DNA from: Anaeramoeba ignava BMAN
Lineage: Eukaryota > Protista > Anaeramoebae
Reading direction: 5' to 3'
DNA length: 64,000 bases
NCBI GenBank assembly: GCA_028826165.1
Contig: JAPDFW010000142.1
Location: 55,125-119,124 of the forward strand
The position numbers were made by a program, and so were the translations under genes. The notes under the pieces are model-generated. The model made no database searches. It was not told the origin of the DNA and was given only the letters and a program-made list of their open reading frames with translations. Numbering within the stretch: position 1 is the stretch's first letter; each line of letters opens with the position of its first letter. Positions 11,103-24,200 of the stretch are shown here, piece by piece.

Positions 11103-14100
11103 ATGAAAAAACAAAAATTATTTCAACTTTGTCAAGATAATCTAGAAAATACATTTCAAACAATCAAATATTTAATTGAAAAAGGTGCAGATATCAATGC
11201 CAAAGATAAAAGAAATCAAACACCTTTACAATTAATTTGTGAAAATAAAGATAAAAATAAATTTGAAATTATCAAATATTTAATTGAAAAAGGTGCAGAT
11301 ATAAATGTCAAAAATAAAAGAAATCAAACACCTTTACAATTAATTTGTGAAAATAAAGATAAAAATAAATTTCAAATTATCAAATATTTAATTGAAAAAG
11401 GTGCAAATATCAATGTCAAAGATATTATAATCCAAACACCTTTACATTTAATTTGTGAAAATAAAGATGAAAATAAATTTCAAATTATCAAATATTTCAT
11501 TGAAAAAGGTGCAGATATCAATATCAAAGATAAAAGAAATCAAACACCTTTACATTTAATTTGTGAAAATAAAGATGAAAATAAATTTGAAATTATCAAA
11601 TATTTAATTGAAAAAGGTGCGGATATTAATGTCAAAGATAAAAGAAATCAAACACCTTTACAATTAATTTGTGAAAATAAAGATGAAAATAAATTTGAAA
11701 TTATCAAATATTTAATTGAAAAAGGTGCAGATATTAATGTCAAAGATAAAAGAAATCAAACACCTTTACAATTAATTTGTGAAAATAAAGATGAAAATAA
11801 ATTTCAAATTATCAAATATTTAATTGAAAAAGGTGCAAATATCAATGTCAAAGATATTATAATCCAAACACCTTTACATTTAATTTGTGAAAATAAAGAT
11901 GAAAATAAACTTGAAATTATCAAATATTTAATTGAAAAAGGTGCAGATATTAACACCAAAGATCATAATCATCAAACACCTTTACAATTAATTTGCCAAA
12001 ATAAAGATGAAAATAAATTTGAAATTATCAAATATTTAATTGAAAAAGATGCAGATATCAATGTCAAAAATATTAACAACAAAGCACCTTTACATTTAAT
12101 TTGTGAAAATAAAGATGAAAATAAACTTGAAATTATCAAATATTTAATTGAAAAAGATGCAGATATTAACACCAAAGATCATAATCATCAAACACCTTTA
12201 CAATTAATTTGTGAAAATAAAGATGAAAATAAACTTGAAATTATCAAATATTTAATTGAAAAAGGTGCAGATATTAACACCAAAGGTTTTATAAGCCAAA
12301 CACCTTTACAATTAATTTGCCAAAATAAAGATGAAAATAAACTTGAAATTATCAAATATTTAATTGAAAAAGGTGCAGATGTTAACACCAAAGATATTAT
12401 AAGCCAAACACATTTACATTTAATTTGCCAAAATCAAGATGAGAATAAATTTGAAATTATCAAATATTTAATTGAAAAAGGTGAAGATGTCAATGCCAAA
12501 AATAAAGGAAATCAAACACCTTTACATTTAATTTGCCAAAATCAAGATGAGAATAAATTTGAAATTATCAAATATTTAATTGAAAAAAATGCAGATATCA
12601 ATACTAAAGATAATCAAAACGAAACACCTCTTCAAACAATTTGCCAATTTAATCATAATGAACATTCAATTCAAATTATCAAATATTTAATTGAAAAAGG
12701 TGCAGATATCAATTTCAAAAATAATTTGAACGATTCACTTTTACATTTATGTTTCAAAAAGCAAACTAAGTACTCATTTCCAATTATCAAATATTTGTTA
12801 GAAAAAGGAATAGATATTAATACTGAAAATAATAAAAAGGAGAATATTTTACATTTAATTTGTGAAAATCAAGATGAAAATAAACTTGAAATTATCAAAT
12901 ATCTAATTGAAAAAGGTGCAGATATCAATGCCAAAAATAATCAAAACGAAACATCTTTACATACAATTTGCAAATTCCAAGAAGATCAAAACCAAATAGA
13001 AATTATCAAATATTTAGTTGAAAAAGGTGCAGATATCAATGCCAAGACATGTTATGATCAAACATCTTTACATTACGTATCTTTATGTAAAAACCAAAAT
13101 AAATTTGAAATTATCAAATATTTAATTGAAAAAGGTGCAGATATTAATGCCAAAGATAAAGGAGATCAAACACTTTTACATTCTTTTTGTTATGATAAAT
13201 TACAAAATAATTTTGAAATTATCAAATATTTAATTGAAAAAGGTGCAGATATAAATGTCAAAAATAAAGGAAATCAAACACCTTTACATTTAATTTGCCA
13301 AAATCAAGATGAAAATAAATTTGAAATTATCAAATATTTAATTGAAAAAGATGCAGATATCAATGCCAAAACCCAAAAAAAGCAAACACCTTTGCATTTA
13401 ATCTGCCAAAGTCAAGATCCAAATAAATTTGAAATTACCAAATATTTAATCGAAAAAGATGCAGATATCAATGCCAAAAATAATCAAAACGAAACACCTC
13501 TTCAAATTGTAGTTGCCAAAAATGATATTAAACTAAGCAAACTATTATTAATGAACGAGGCAAATATTTTTGATTTAAAGAATTATTACACAATTTCAAA
13601 AGAGATTTGTGATTTACTTCCACAAATTTACTCAATCAACGAAGATTTGGATAATTTATTAAAATCAAGCGATAACTTTTCTGATTTAAGAATCCAATCA
13701 AATGATTATTTCAATTTTCAAGCGCATAAGTTGATTCTATCAACAAGGTTTAATAATAACGAGTCTCTATTACAAAAATTTTTCGATATTTGTTCTCAAA
13801 AACCAAAAAAAGATGTTCAAATTGTTTTAAATTTTCTTTATACTGGATTTTTTGATTTTGACTATTTTACTGAAAAAATTGATTCCTTAATACAAACAAA
13901 AATCGCAAAAGAAATTCAAGAAAAAGAAATTCAAGAAAAAGTGATGATTGAAGAATTTTTCAAAGAAATTGGATTAGATGCAAAATGGATTGATTCAAAA
14001 AAAGCAAGAAAAGGAATAATAAATGATTTCCATCAATTATATCAACAAGAATCAACAAAAGATTTCACAATAATTTGCGAAGAAAATGGAAAAGAAAAGC

Positions 14101-14381
14101 AAATCAAGGTTCATAAATTAATACTAATAATAAGAAGTGAATTATTCAAAGGAATGTTTCAATTAAATGTTCAAGATACATCAAATCAGGTTCATGATTA
14201 TTCAAGAAAATCATTTGAAACAATTCAACAATTAATTTATTTTCTTTATCATGATGAGTTTGATGAAACAAAAGAAATTACCAAAGAAATGACTCAAGAA
14301 CTGGAAGATATTAAAGATTATTATCAATTAAATCAAAAATCAATAATTGATTTAATTTTATTTGATTTAATTCAAAAATAA
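11103..14381 (+). CDS. Ankyrin-repeat (~22 x 36 aa) plus tandem BTB/POZ domain protein
   Basis: QTPLHLIC…EIIKYLIEKGADIN repeats; FSDLRI…AHKLILSTR and KDFTI…VHKLILIIRSELFKGMF BTB signatures. Confidence 0.92.
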   Translation: MKKQKLFQLCQDNLENTFQTIKYLIEKGADINAKDKRNQTPLQLICENKDKNKFEIIKYLIEKGADINVKNKRNQTPLQLICENKDKNKFQIIKYLIEKGANINVKDIIIQTPLHLICENKDENKFQIIKYFIEKGADINIKDKRNQTPLHLICENKDENKFEIIKYLIEKGADINVKDKRNQTPLQLICENKDENKFEIIKYLIEKGADINVKDKRNQTPLQLICENKDENKFQIIKYLIEKGANINVKDIIIQTPLHLICENKDENKLEIIKYLIEKGADINTKDHNHQTPLQLICQNKDENKFEIIKYLIEKDADINVKNINNKAPLHLICENKDENKLEIIKYLIEKDADINTKDHNHQTPLQLICENKDENKLEIIKYLIEKGADINTKGFISQTPLQLICQNKDENKLEIIKYLIEKGADVNTKDIISQTHLHLICQNQDENKFEIIKYLIEKGEDVNAKNKGNQTPLHLICQNQDENKFEIIKYLIEKNADINTKDNQNETPLQTICQFNHNEHSIQIIKYLIEKGADINFKNNLNDSLLHLCFKKQTKYSFPIIKYLLEKGIDINTENNKKENILHLICENQDENKLEIIKYLIEKGADINAKNNQNETSLHTICKFQEDQNQIEIIKYLVEKGADINAKTCYDQTSLHYVSLCKNQNKFEIIKYLIEKGADINAKDKGDQTLLHSFCYDKLQNNFEIIKYLIEKGADINVKNKGNQTPLHLICQNQDENKFEIIKYLIEKDADINAKTQKKQTPLHLICQSQDPNKFEITKYLIEKDADINAKNNQNETPLQIVVAKNDIKLSKLLLMNEANIFDLKNYYTISKEICDLLPQIYSINEDLDNLLKSSDNFSDLRIQSNDYFNFQAHKLILSTRFNNNESLLQKFFDICSQKPKKDVQIVLNFLYTGFFDFDYFTEKIDSLIQTKIAKEIQEKEIQEKVMIEEFFKEIGLDAKWIDSKKARKGIINDFHQLYQQESTKDFTIICEENGKEKQIKVHKLILIIRSELFKGMFQLNVQDTSNQVHDYSRKSFETIQQLIYFLYHDEFDETKEITKEMTQELEDIKDYYQLNQKSIIDLILFDLIQK

Positions 14382-14452
14382 ATTCTCAAAAAAAAAAACA
14401 ACAAAATCAAATTTCATTTTTTTCTCTCTAAAATAAAATAAAATAAAATAAA

Positions 14453-15592
14453 ATGTGGAGAGTTAATAGAATTTATAATTCTGCAATAATTTTTGATAAT
14501 GGATCAGGAGTAATCAAAGCAGGATTTGAAGCAGGAAAAAGTCCAAGAGCAGTTTTTCCAACAATAATAGGGAAAACCAAATATCCAAATGTTATGATTG
14601 GTTTAGAAGCTAAATATAATTATATTGGAGATGAAGCAGAATACAACAGAGGGATTTTGGAAATAGAATATCCAATAGAACATGGAATTATAAAAAATTG
14701 GGAAAATATGGAAAAAATATGGTTTCACACTTTTTATCAAGAAATGAGAATTTCACCTGAAGAATATCCGATTTTAATTACTGAACCACCATTGAATCCA
14801 AAATCAAATCGGGAGAAAATGATGGAAATTATGTTTGAAATTTTTGATTTTCCTGCTTTTTATGTTGCAATTTCAGGTATTTTATCATTTTATGCATCAG
14901 GAAGAACAACAGGAATTGTTGTTGAAATGGGAGATGGAGTGATTTATACTGTTCCTGTTTATGAGGGTGATATTATCTCTCATTCTATCAAGAGAATCAA
15001 TTTTGCTGGGAGAGATCTAACAGAATATTTGAGGAAAATATTAACCGAAAGGGGTTATTTTTTTGAATCAACCTCTAATCAAGAAATTGTCAAAGATATT
15101 AAAGAAAAACTTTGTTATGTTCCTCTGAATTTCGAGGAAGAAATGAACTTGGCAAATCAATCAAATTCTGTTGAAGCAAATTATGAATTACCTGATAGAA
15201 CTATTATAACAATTGGGAATGAAAGATTTAGAACACCTGAAGTTTTGTTTAACCCTTCTTTGGATGGAAAAGAACAAGAAGGAATCCACAAATTGATTTT
15301 CAATTCAATCATGAAATGTAATCGTGATATAAGGAAAGATATTTTGAGTAATATTGTTTTGTCAGGTGGAACTTCAATGTTTCCAGGAATTGCTGATAGA
15401 CTTCAATTTGAAATTTCTCAATTAACTCACTCAAGTATAAGAACTAAAGTTGTTGCTCCTCCTGAAAGAAAATATTCTGTTTGGATTGGAGGATCTGTTT
15501 TAGCTTCTTTATCCAGTTTTCAAGATCATTGGATTTCAAAACAAGAATTTGATGAGTTTGGTTCTTCGATTGTTCATAAAAAATGTTTTTGA
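14453..15592 (+). CDS. Divergent actin
   Basis: [75 protein letters not shown]; intronless, 379 aa. Confidence 0.93.
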   Translation: MWRVNRIYNSAIIFDNGSGVIKAGFEAGKSPRAVFPTIIGKTKYPNVMIGLEAKYNYIGDEAEYNRGILEIEYPIEHGIIKNWENMEKIWFHTFYQEMRISPEEYPILITEPPLNPKSNREKMMEIMFEIFDFPAFYVAISGILSFYASGRTTGIVVEMGDGVIYTVPVYEGDIISHSIKRINFAGRDLTEYLRKILTERGYFFESTSNQEIVKDIKEKLCYVPLNFEEEMNLANQSNSVEANYELPDRTIITIGNERFRTPEVLFNPSLDGKEQEGIHKLIFNSIMKCNRDIRKDILSNIVLSGGTSMFPGIADRLQFEISQLTHSSIRTKVVAPPERKYSVWIGGSVLASLSSFQDHWISKQEFDEFGSSIVHKKCF

Positions 15593-15663
15593 GCAATCAA
15601 AATCAATTTTATAATAAAAAAACCAAAATCAAAACTAAAAATGAAAAAAAAATTTTTTGAATT

Positions 15664-17472
15664 TTAATTTTGATTATTAAATTTTTTAATTAATAAATCA
15701 AATAAATTTGGATTTGTTTGATTTAATTGAAAATAATCAATTCCTGTTTCTAATTCATCAATGATTTCTTGTGTAATTTGAATTTCTTCTTTAATTTGAT
15801 TTGAATAAATCCAATATTCAAATATTTGAAATGATTTATTACTTAATTCACTATAATCTGTAACTTTATTAGATTTATCTTCAGTTACAGATAAAAACAT
15901 TCCTCGATATAATTCACTTCTCATTATTAATATTAATTTTGGAAATTTATATTGTTTTTCTTTTCTTTCAATTATAAAATCTTTTTCATTTTCATTTTCA
16001 TTTTCATTTAAATAAATTCTTTTCATTGTTTCTTCAATTTTTTCATTTGAATTTATAATTTCTTTAATTTCAAAATATAATATTGGATTTATTATTCTGT
16101 TTGAATAAATCATTTCAAATATTTGATTAGATTCTTTAATTGATTTTTTTGAAATAATTTCTTGAAGTTTTTCAATTTGATTTTGATTTTGATTTAATCT
16201 ATATTTTAATATTAATTTATGAGCTTCAATTATTTCTCCATTTCTTGTTTTAAATGAAATATTACAAAATTCTTTTCTTTCAAATAATTTTATCAAATCT
16301 TCTTCAAGATTGGAAAAAGAAGGAGGAGAATAATAAAGAAATGATTTACAAAAAGATCCACAAAGAACATGATAATTAGAAATATTTTCATTAAATCTTA
16401 ATTTAGGAAGTTCAATTTGAATTGGAGTTAATTGATTATTTGTATATCCAGTTCCTAATTGACCATAATCATTTAATCCAAATACTATTAATTTTGGATT
16501 AGAAGTTAAAATCAAAGAATGTTTATATGTAACAGAAAAATCAAGAATATTATCATTTTCAAATAAAGATGATTTGATTTCAGTAAATTCATTTTCAAAT
16601 TTGCCAAATCCATTATAGTCAAAATCTCCACATGAATAAAGTTTTCTTTTTGGATTTTGATTTTGATTTTCATTTTCAATCAACATCATTGAATGATAAT
16701 TTCCTGTTTGAATATCAATTATTTTGCCTTTTGGAATATTTTGTATTTTGGTTAATTTATGGATTGTTGTTTCTTCTTTTCTTGATTCTCCTAATCCAAG
16801 TTGACCAAAGGCATTATCACCACATCCAAATAATTCTTGATTTGAATTTAAAAGAAAAACAGAAGTTGAACAATTTCCTGAAAATATTTTAGAAACATTT
16901 TTCATCATTAAAATTGGTTTTTCTTCTTTATCAAATGTTATAGAATAAAAACCAATTTGACCATCATAATTATCACCAATTCCATAAACATTTTGATTTG
17001 AAGTTAATAAGTAAATTGATTGCCATCCAGAAACAATATCTTGAATTATTCTATCATTTTTATCTTCAATTAATGATGAAATATTGATAAATTTTTTTGG
17101 ATTTTTTGAAGTAATATCTTTTCCTTTAGCAAATAAATTTCCTTCTATTGTTAAAATAGCTTCATGATTACCACCAACAGTTACTTTTTGAATATTTTCT
17201 TCAATTTGGATTTTTTGAGGATTTTGATTTGAATCATTTTCATCTTCATCTTCATCATCTTCATTTATATATCTCTCGTTTAAATATTCTATTGCTTTTC
17301 CATTTTCAAAAAGGAAAATTGTTGAAAATTCTGTTGATGAAATTTGTTTAATTTGTTTTTCATTTTCATTTTCATTTTCAAATTTAAATTGAATTGGCTT
17401 TGTTATTTTATTTGATTTATTTTTGATAAGTATTGGTTTATTATTTTCACCAAAAAATAAACAATCATTCAT
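15664..17472 (-). CDS. RCC1-repeat plus tandem BTB protein (copy 1)
   Basis: GDNYDGQIG, GDNAFGQLGLG and GLNDYGQLGTG RCC1 blades; FCNISF…AHKLIL and KLILIMRSELYRGMF. Confidence 0.9.
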   Translation of the reverse strand: MNDCLFFGENNKPILIKNKSNKITKPIQFKFENENENEKQIKQISSTEFSTIFLFENGKAIEYLNERYINEDDEDEDENDSNQNPQKIQIEENIQKVTVGGNHEAILTIEGNLFAKGKDITSKNPKKFINISSLIEDKNDRIIQDIVSGWQSIYLLTSNQNVYGIGDNYDGQIGFYSITFDKEEKPILMMKNVSKIFSGNCSTSVFLLNSNQELFGCGDNAFGQLGLGESRKEETTIHKLTKIQNIPKGKIIDIQTGNYHSMMLIENENQNQNPKRKLYSCGDFDYNGFGKFENEFTEIKSSLFENDNILDFSVTYKHSLILTSNPKLIVFGLNDYGQLGTGYTNNQLTPIQIELPKLRFNENISNYHVLCGSFCKSFLYYSPPSFSNLEEDLIKLFERKEFCNISFKTRNGEIIEAHKLILKYRLNQNQNQIEKLQEIISKKSIKESNQIFEMIYSNRIINPILYFEIKEIINSNEKIEETMKRIYLNENENENEKDFIIERKEKQYKFPKLILIMRSELYRGMFLSVTEDKSNKVTDYSELSNKSFQIFEYWIYSNQIKEEIQITQEIIDELETGIDYFQLNQTNPNLFDLLIKKFNNQN

Positions 17473-17622
17473 TTTTGAAAAGAAAAAAATGAAAAAAAAT
17501 GAATTTTAAAATTTTAATTTTTAATTTTAATTTTAATATTAATTTTGATTTTGATTTTAATTTTAATTTTGATTTTGATTTTGATTTTAATTTTAATTTT
17601 AATTTTTATTTTAATTTTAATT

Positions 17623-19495
17623 TTAATTTTGATTTTGATTATTAAATTTCCTAATTAATAAATCAAATAAATTTGGATATGTTTGATTTAATTGAAAATA
17701 ATCAATTCCAATTTGAATTTCATTAATAATTTCTTGTGTAATTTTCTTTGTAGTTTCAGAATATTTTATTCTTTTAAATTTTTCTTCATTTAATTCATTA
17801 AAATCATCAAATTGAATGATTTCTTGTGTAATTTGAATTTCATCTTTAATTTGATTTGAATAAATCCAATATTCAAATATTTCAAATGATTTATTACTTA
17901 ATTCACTATAATCTGTAACTTTATTTGATTTATCATTTGTTACAGATAAAAACATTCCTCGATATAATTCACTTCTCATTATTAATATTAATTTAGGAAA
18001 TTTATATTGTTTTTCTTTTCTTTCAATTATAAAATCTTTTTCATTTTCATTTAAATAAATTCTTTTCATTGTTTCTTCAATTTTTTCATTTGAATTTATA
18101 ATTTCTTTAATTTCAGAATATAATTTTGGATTTATTTTTGAATTGTTTGAATAAATCATTTCAAATATTTGATTTGATTCTTTAATTGATTTTTTTGAAA
18201 TAATTTCTTTAAGTTTTTCAATTTCATTTTGATTTTGATTTAATCTATATTTCAATATTAATTTATGAGCTTCAATTATTTCTCCATTTTTGGTTTTAAA
18301 TGAAATATCACAAAATTCTTTTCTTCTAAATAATTTTATCAAATCTTCTTCAAGATTGGAAAAAGAAGAAGAAAAAAGAAAAGGAGAATAATAAAGAAAT
18401 GAATTGTTAAATCCACAAGAAAGATGATAATTGGAAATATCTTCATTAAATCTTAATTTAGGAAGTTTAATTTGAATTGGAATTAATTGATTTTTTGTAT
18501 TTCCATTTCCTAATTGACCATAATCATTACTTCCAAATCCAATTAATTTTGAATTAGATATGAAAATCAAAGTATGAGAATATCCAACAGAAAAATCAAG
18601 AATATTATCATTTTCAAATAAAGATGATTTGATTTCAGTAAATTCATAAGTATTTTCTTCATTTTTGCCAAGTCCATTATATCTAGAATCTCCACATGAA
18701 TAAAGTTTTCTTTTTGGATTTTGATCTTCAATCAACATTATTGAATGACAACCACCACATTGAATATCAATTATTTTACCTTTTGGAATATTTTGGATTT
18801 TGGTTAATTTTTGGATTTTTGTTTCTTTTCTTCTCGATTCTCCTAATCCAAGTTGACCATCTCTATTAAATCCGCATCCAAATAATTCTTGATTTGAATT
18901 TAAAAGAAAAACATGATAAGAAGAATTTCCTGAAAATATTTTAGAAACATTTTTCATCATTAAAATTGGTTTTTCTGTTTTTTTAAGTGTTTTAGAATCA
19001 AAACCAAGTTGACCATATTCATTTGAACCAATTCCATAAACATTTTGATTTGAAGTTAATAAGTAAATTGAACTTTCACCAGAAACAATATCTTCAATTA
19101 TTCTATCATTTTTATCTTCAATTAATGATGAAATATTGATAAATTCATTTGGATTATTTGAATAGATATCATTCCCTTTGGCAAATACATTTCCTTCTTT
19201 TGTTAAAATAGCTTCATTATCACCACCAACAGATACTTTTTGAATATTTTCTTCAATTTGGATTTTTTCAGGATTTTGTTCTGGATCATTTCCATATAAA
19301 TATTCTATTGCTTTTCCATTTTTAAAAAGGAAAATTGTTGAAATCCAACTTGAAGAAATTTGTTTAATTTGTTTTTCATTTTCATTTTCATTTTCATTTT
19401 CAAATTTAAATTGAATTGGTTTTATTATTTTATATGGTTTATTTTCGAAAAGTTTTGGAGATTAAATTTGAACCAAAAAATAAACAATCATTCAT
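17623..19495 (-). CDS. RCC1-repeat plus tandem BTB protein (copy 2); 1-nt frameshift near 19460 as assembled
   Basis: ATG 19495 MNDCLFFG matches copy 1 but is out of frame with the downstream KPIQFKFENEN frame (total length 1873 nt); the rest is collinear with copy 1. Confidence 0.82.
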
Positions 19496-19549
19496 TTTTG
19501 AAAAGAAAAAAATGAAAAAAAATTTGAAAAAAAATTGAAAACTGAATAA

Positions 19550-20860
19550 ATGAAAAATATATATTTAAACATATAATTAAAATTAAATAATAATTCTAAA
19601 TAAATTTATTAATTAATATTAAATTAAAATTAATCAAAAAAAGATAAAATATTAATTCAAAAAATGGAAATAAATTAATAAATAAATATTGATATTTAAA
19701 ACAACAAAATATATATTTAAACATATAATTAAAATTAAATACTAATTTTAAATAAATTTATTAATTAATATTAAATTAAAATTAATTTAAAAAGATAAAT
19801 TGTTAATTCAAAAATGGAAATAAATTAATAAATAAATATTAATATTTAAAAACAAAAATATATATTTAAACATATAATTAAAATTAAATAATAATTCTAA
19901 ATAAATTTATTAATTAATATTAAATTAAAATTAATTTAAAAAAAAAGATAAAATATTAATTCAAAAATGGAAATAAATTAATAAATAAATATTGATATTT
20001 AAAAACAACAAAATATATATTTAAACATATAATTAAAATTAAATAATAATTTTAAATAAATTTATTAATTAATATTAAATTAAAATTAATTTAAAAAATA
20101 AGATAAAATGTTAATTTAAAAATGGAAATAAATTAATAAATAAATATTGATATTTAAAACAACAAAATATATATTTAAACATATAATTAAAATTAAATAC
20201 TAATTTTAAATAAATTTATTAATTAATATTAAATTAAAATTAATTAAAAAAAAAGATAAATTGTTAATTCAAAAATGGAAATAAATTAATAAATAAATAT
20301 TAATATTTAAAAACAATAAAAATATATATTTAAACATATAATTAAAATTAAATAATAATTCTAAATAAATTTATTAATTAATATTAAATTAAAATTAATT
20401 TAAAAAAAAGATAAATGTTAATTCAAAAATGGAAATAAATTAATAAATAAATATTAATATTTAAAACAAAAAATATATATTTAAACATAAAATTAAAATT
20501 AAATAATAATTCTAAATAAATTTATTAATTAATATTAAATTAAAATTAATCAAAAAAAGATAAAATGTTAATTCAAAAATGGAAATAAATTAATAAACAA
20601 ATATTAATATTTAAAACAAAAAATATATATTTTAAACATATAATTAAAATTAAATAATAATTTTAAATAAATTTATTAATTAATATTAAATTAAAATTAA
20701 TTTAAAAAAAAGATAAATTGTTAATTCAAAAAATGGAAATAAATTAATAAATAAATATTAATATTTAAAACAACAAAATATACATTTAAACATATAATTA
20801 AAATTAAATAATAATTTTAAATAAATTTATTAATTAATATTAAATTAAAATTAATCTAAA
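19550..20860. repeat. ~152-bp tandem satellite (~8.5 units)
   Basis: tttaaacatataattaaaattaaat…aaaatggaaataaattaat recurs about every 149-155 bp. Confidence 0.9.
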
Positions 20861-21241
20861 AATTAATTTATTAAAAAAGAAAAAAAATTGTCAAATATTG
20901 ATGAAGAAAAAAAGAAAACAATTTTGCCACATTAAAACAAAATGAAGAAAACAAATGTATTTGCCAGATTCTTTTTTCCTTCCAAAAAAAACAAAAAAAA
21001 AATCAAAAATAGCAATTAAATCAAAAATCAAAAATAAAAAACAAATTTATTAAGCTGATCAATTTAAAAAAAGTTTATTTTTTTTCTTTCTTAAAAGCAT
21101 TTTTTTTTTGTCATTTTTATTTGAAAAATTTTTTTTGTTTAATTTCTTTAAAAGAATTCAATTTAAAAAAAAAAAGGAAAAATAAAGAAAACACTTAATT
21201 CCTTAAAAGAAAAAATTTTTTTTAAAAGAGTGGATTAATAA

Positions 21242-24200
21242 ATGAACAAAATAGCAAGAATTTCTTTTTTCCTATTCTTGTTTTCTTTTGTATTCAATTC
21301 AACAAAACGTTTATATATTGATGCAGTTAATGGAACGATGAGTTACTTTCGGAGTTGTACTCGTGAATCATATCCATGCAAAACTTTGGGAAGAGTTGTC
21401 GAAAAAGCTGGATCTTCTGATATGAATATTTCTGCTGCTCCTGGTATTTATTATTTAAGTGAACCAATAACCATTGATGATAATCAAGATTTTTATTTAT
21501 TTTCCAATGATGGTTATCAAGAAACTATTATTGATGGTGGAAATAATGGTGTCTGTTTCGATTTTAGTTTAAATTCAAATTCTTTTTATGTTGAAGGATT
21601 TACTTTTAGGAATTGTCAAGATAATCAAAAAGGTGAATTAAATTAAATTAAATTAATAAAACAATTAACCATTCAAAATTGACTATTCGAATTTTCAATT
21701 CCAAATTTCAATTCCAAATCCAAATTAAAATCAAAATTAAAAATCAAAATTAAAATTAAAATTAAAATTAAAATCAAAATTAAAATTAAAATTAAAATTA
21801 AAATTAAAATTAAAATTAAAATCAAAATTAAAATTAAAATTAAAAATTAAAAATCAAAAATAAATAGCTGGAGCAATACAATTAACTTGTTATGGACAAA
21901 TGTCACCAATTATTAAAAATTGTTTATTTCAAAATAATAGTGGAGGACATGGAGGAGCAATTTACAACTCAGGATGTAACTTAATTCTTCAATCAAGTAA
22001 TGTTTCTGATAATATAGCTAATTATGAAGGAGGAGGATTTTATTGTGATTTACCAAATACAGCATCATCACAAGCAATTATAACATTTGATAATGCAAGA
22101 ATAGTTTCTAATTCAGCTGGAAATGGATCAGAAAATATTTATAATGCTTACAAAATTTTTTCAAATGGAGGATCAGGATTAGCTTGTAATTATTCACAAG
22201 GTTATCTTGGAAATTGTACAGATTGTGAAGGTGGTGGTACTTGTTATCCTTCTGGAACTTGTATTTGTCTACCTGGATCTTATAAACCTTCTCTTAGTGA
22301 TATTTCTTGTCCTTCTTGTGTTCCTGGTACTTTTAGTAATATTACAAATCTTCAAAGTTGTTATTCTTGTTCTCCTAATACTTATAATCCTTATTATTCA
22401 TCAACTGAATGTATTGATTGTCCTATTAATACAACTTCTAGTTCTGGTAAATTAAATTAAATATTAAAATAAATATTAAAATAATTATTCAATTAAATAT
22501 TAAATTAAATAATAAATTAATATTAAATTAAATATTAAAATAAATATTAAATTAAATATTAAATTAAATAATAAAATAAATATTAAAATTAATATTAAAA
22601 TAAATATTAAAATAAATATTAAAATTAAATATTAAAATAAATATTAAAATAAATATTAAAATAAATATTAAAATAAATATTAAAATAAATATTAAAATAA
22701 ATATTAAAATAAATATTAAAATAAATATTAAAATAAATATTAAAATAAATATTAAAAAATAAATATAAATATTAAATTAAATAAATATTAAAATAATAAA
22801 TATTAAAATAAATATTAAAATAAATATTAAAATAAATATTATTAAAAATAAATAAATATTAAAATAAATATTAAAATAAATATTAAAATTAAATATTAAA
22901 ATAAATATTAAAATAAATATTAAAATAAATATTAAAATAAATATTAAATAAATAAATTAAATAAAATAAATATTAAAATAAATATTAAAAATAAATATTA
23001 AATTAAATAAATATTAAAATAAATAAATATTAAATTAAATAAATAAAATATTGAAATATTAAAATAAATATTAAAATAAATATTAAAATTAAAATTAAAA
23101 TTAAATATTAAATTAAATATTAAATTAAATAATAAATTAATATTAAATTAAATATTAAAATAAATATTAAAATAAATATTCAATTAAATATTAAAATAAA
23201 TATATAAATAAATATTAAAATAAATATTCAAATAAATATTAAATTAAATATTAAAATAAATATTAAAATAAATATTAAAGGAAGTTATCAATGTACTCCT
23301 CCTCAAGTAAACAATTTCCAATCTTCATACATTGGTCCAACTAATTTCACAGTTACATGGCAACCTCCTTCTCAATTTGAAGTTAATTCATATAACTTCT
23401 CTTATGCAGTAAATGGAACAGATAATTGGATATCAACAATATTATTAGGAAATCAAACAAATTTTACAGTTAATGAAATAAAATCAGGAACATATAAGAT
23501 AAGAATACAAGGAATAAACAATCAAGGTTCAGGAGTAATAAACGAAATCTTACTAACAACACTCCCACCAGTTGCACCAGATCCTCCATATTTTTCGATA
23601 AATTCTAGTCAAAAAACATCAACAACATGGGGAATTTATTGGATATATCCTTATGATGGAGGAGCAGAAATTGTTGAATATGAAATCATTTATTGGAGAA
23701 ATGATTCACAAAACTCATCAGTGAATGTAACAGGAAATTCAACAAGTTATTTAGCAACAGGTCTTCTTTCAGGAGAATATTATGTAATTGGTAGAAGTAT
23801 CACAGAAAACAACACAAGTTCATATTCTTCACCACTTCTAATCTTTACATCTCAATTCACTTTTCCATCACCAGTTCTCAACTTAGAAAAAAATGGATCA
23901 ACTTGTGATAGTATTCTTTTTAATTGGACTGAACCATTATCAAACGGAGGACAATTAATATCATTATATAACATCAAAATAGTTGGATTAGTCACACAAG
24001 AATTCAATGTGAGCAATTCCACTTTTCAAGCCAATGCTAGTAATCTACTCTCAGGATCTTATAATGTGAGTATTAGAGCATACAATGGTTATTATAATTC
24101 TTATACTTGGAAAACAATGGAAACTTCATCAGCAGAACCACCTGGAGTAATCACAAGTGTGAATTTAACTGAAAATACATCCACATCATTGAATATTGAA

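Noticed and set aside
11972-12391. Antisense ORFs over ankyrin repeats (also 26684, 27491, 38352, 50050 and similar)
   Set aside because: Shadow frames of well-supported genes on the opposite strand.
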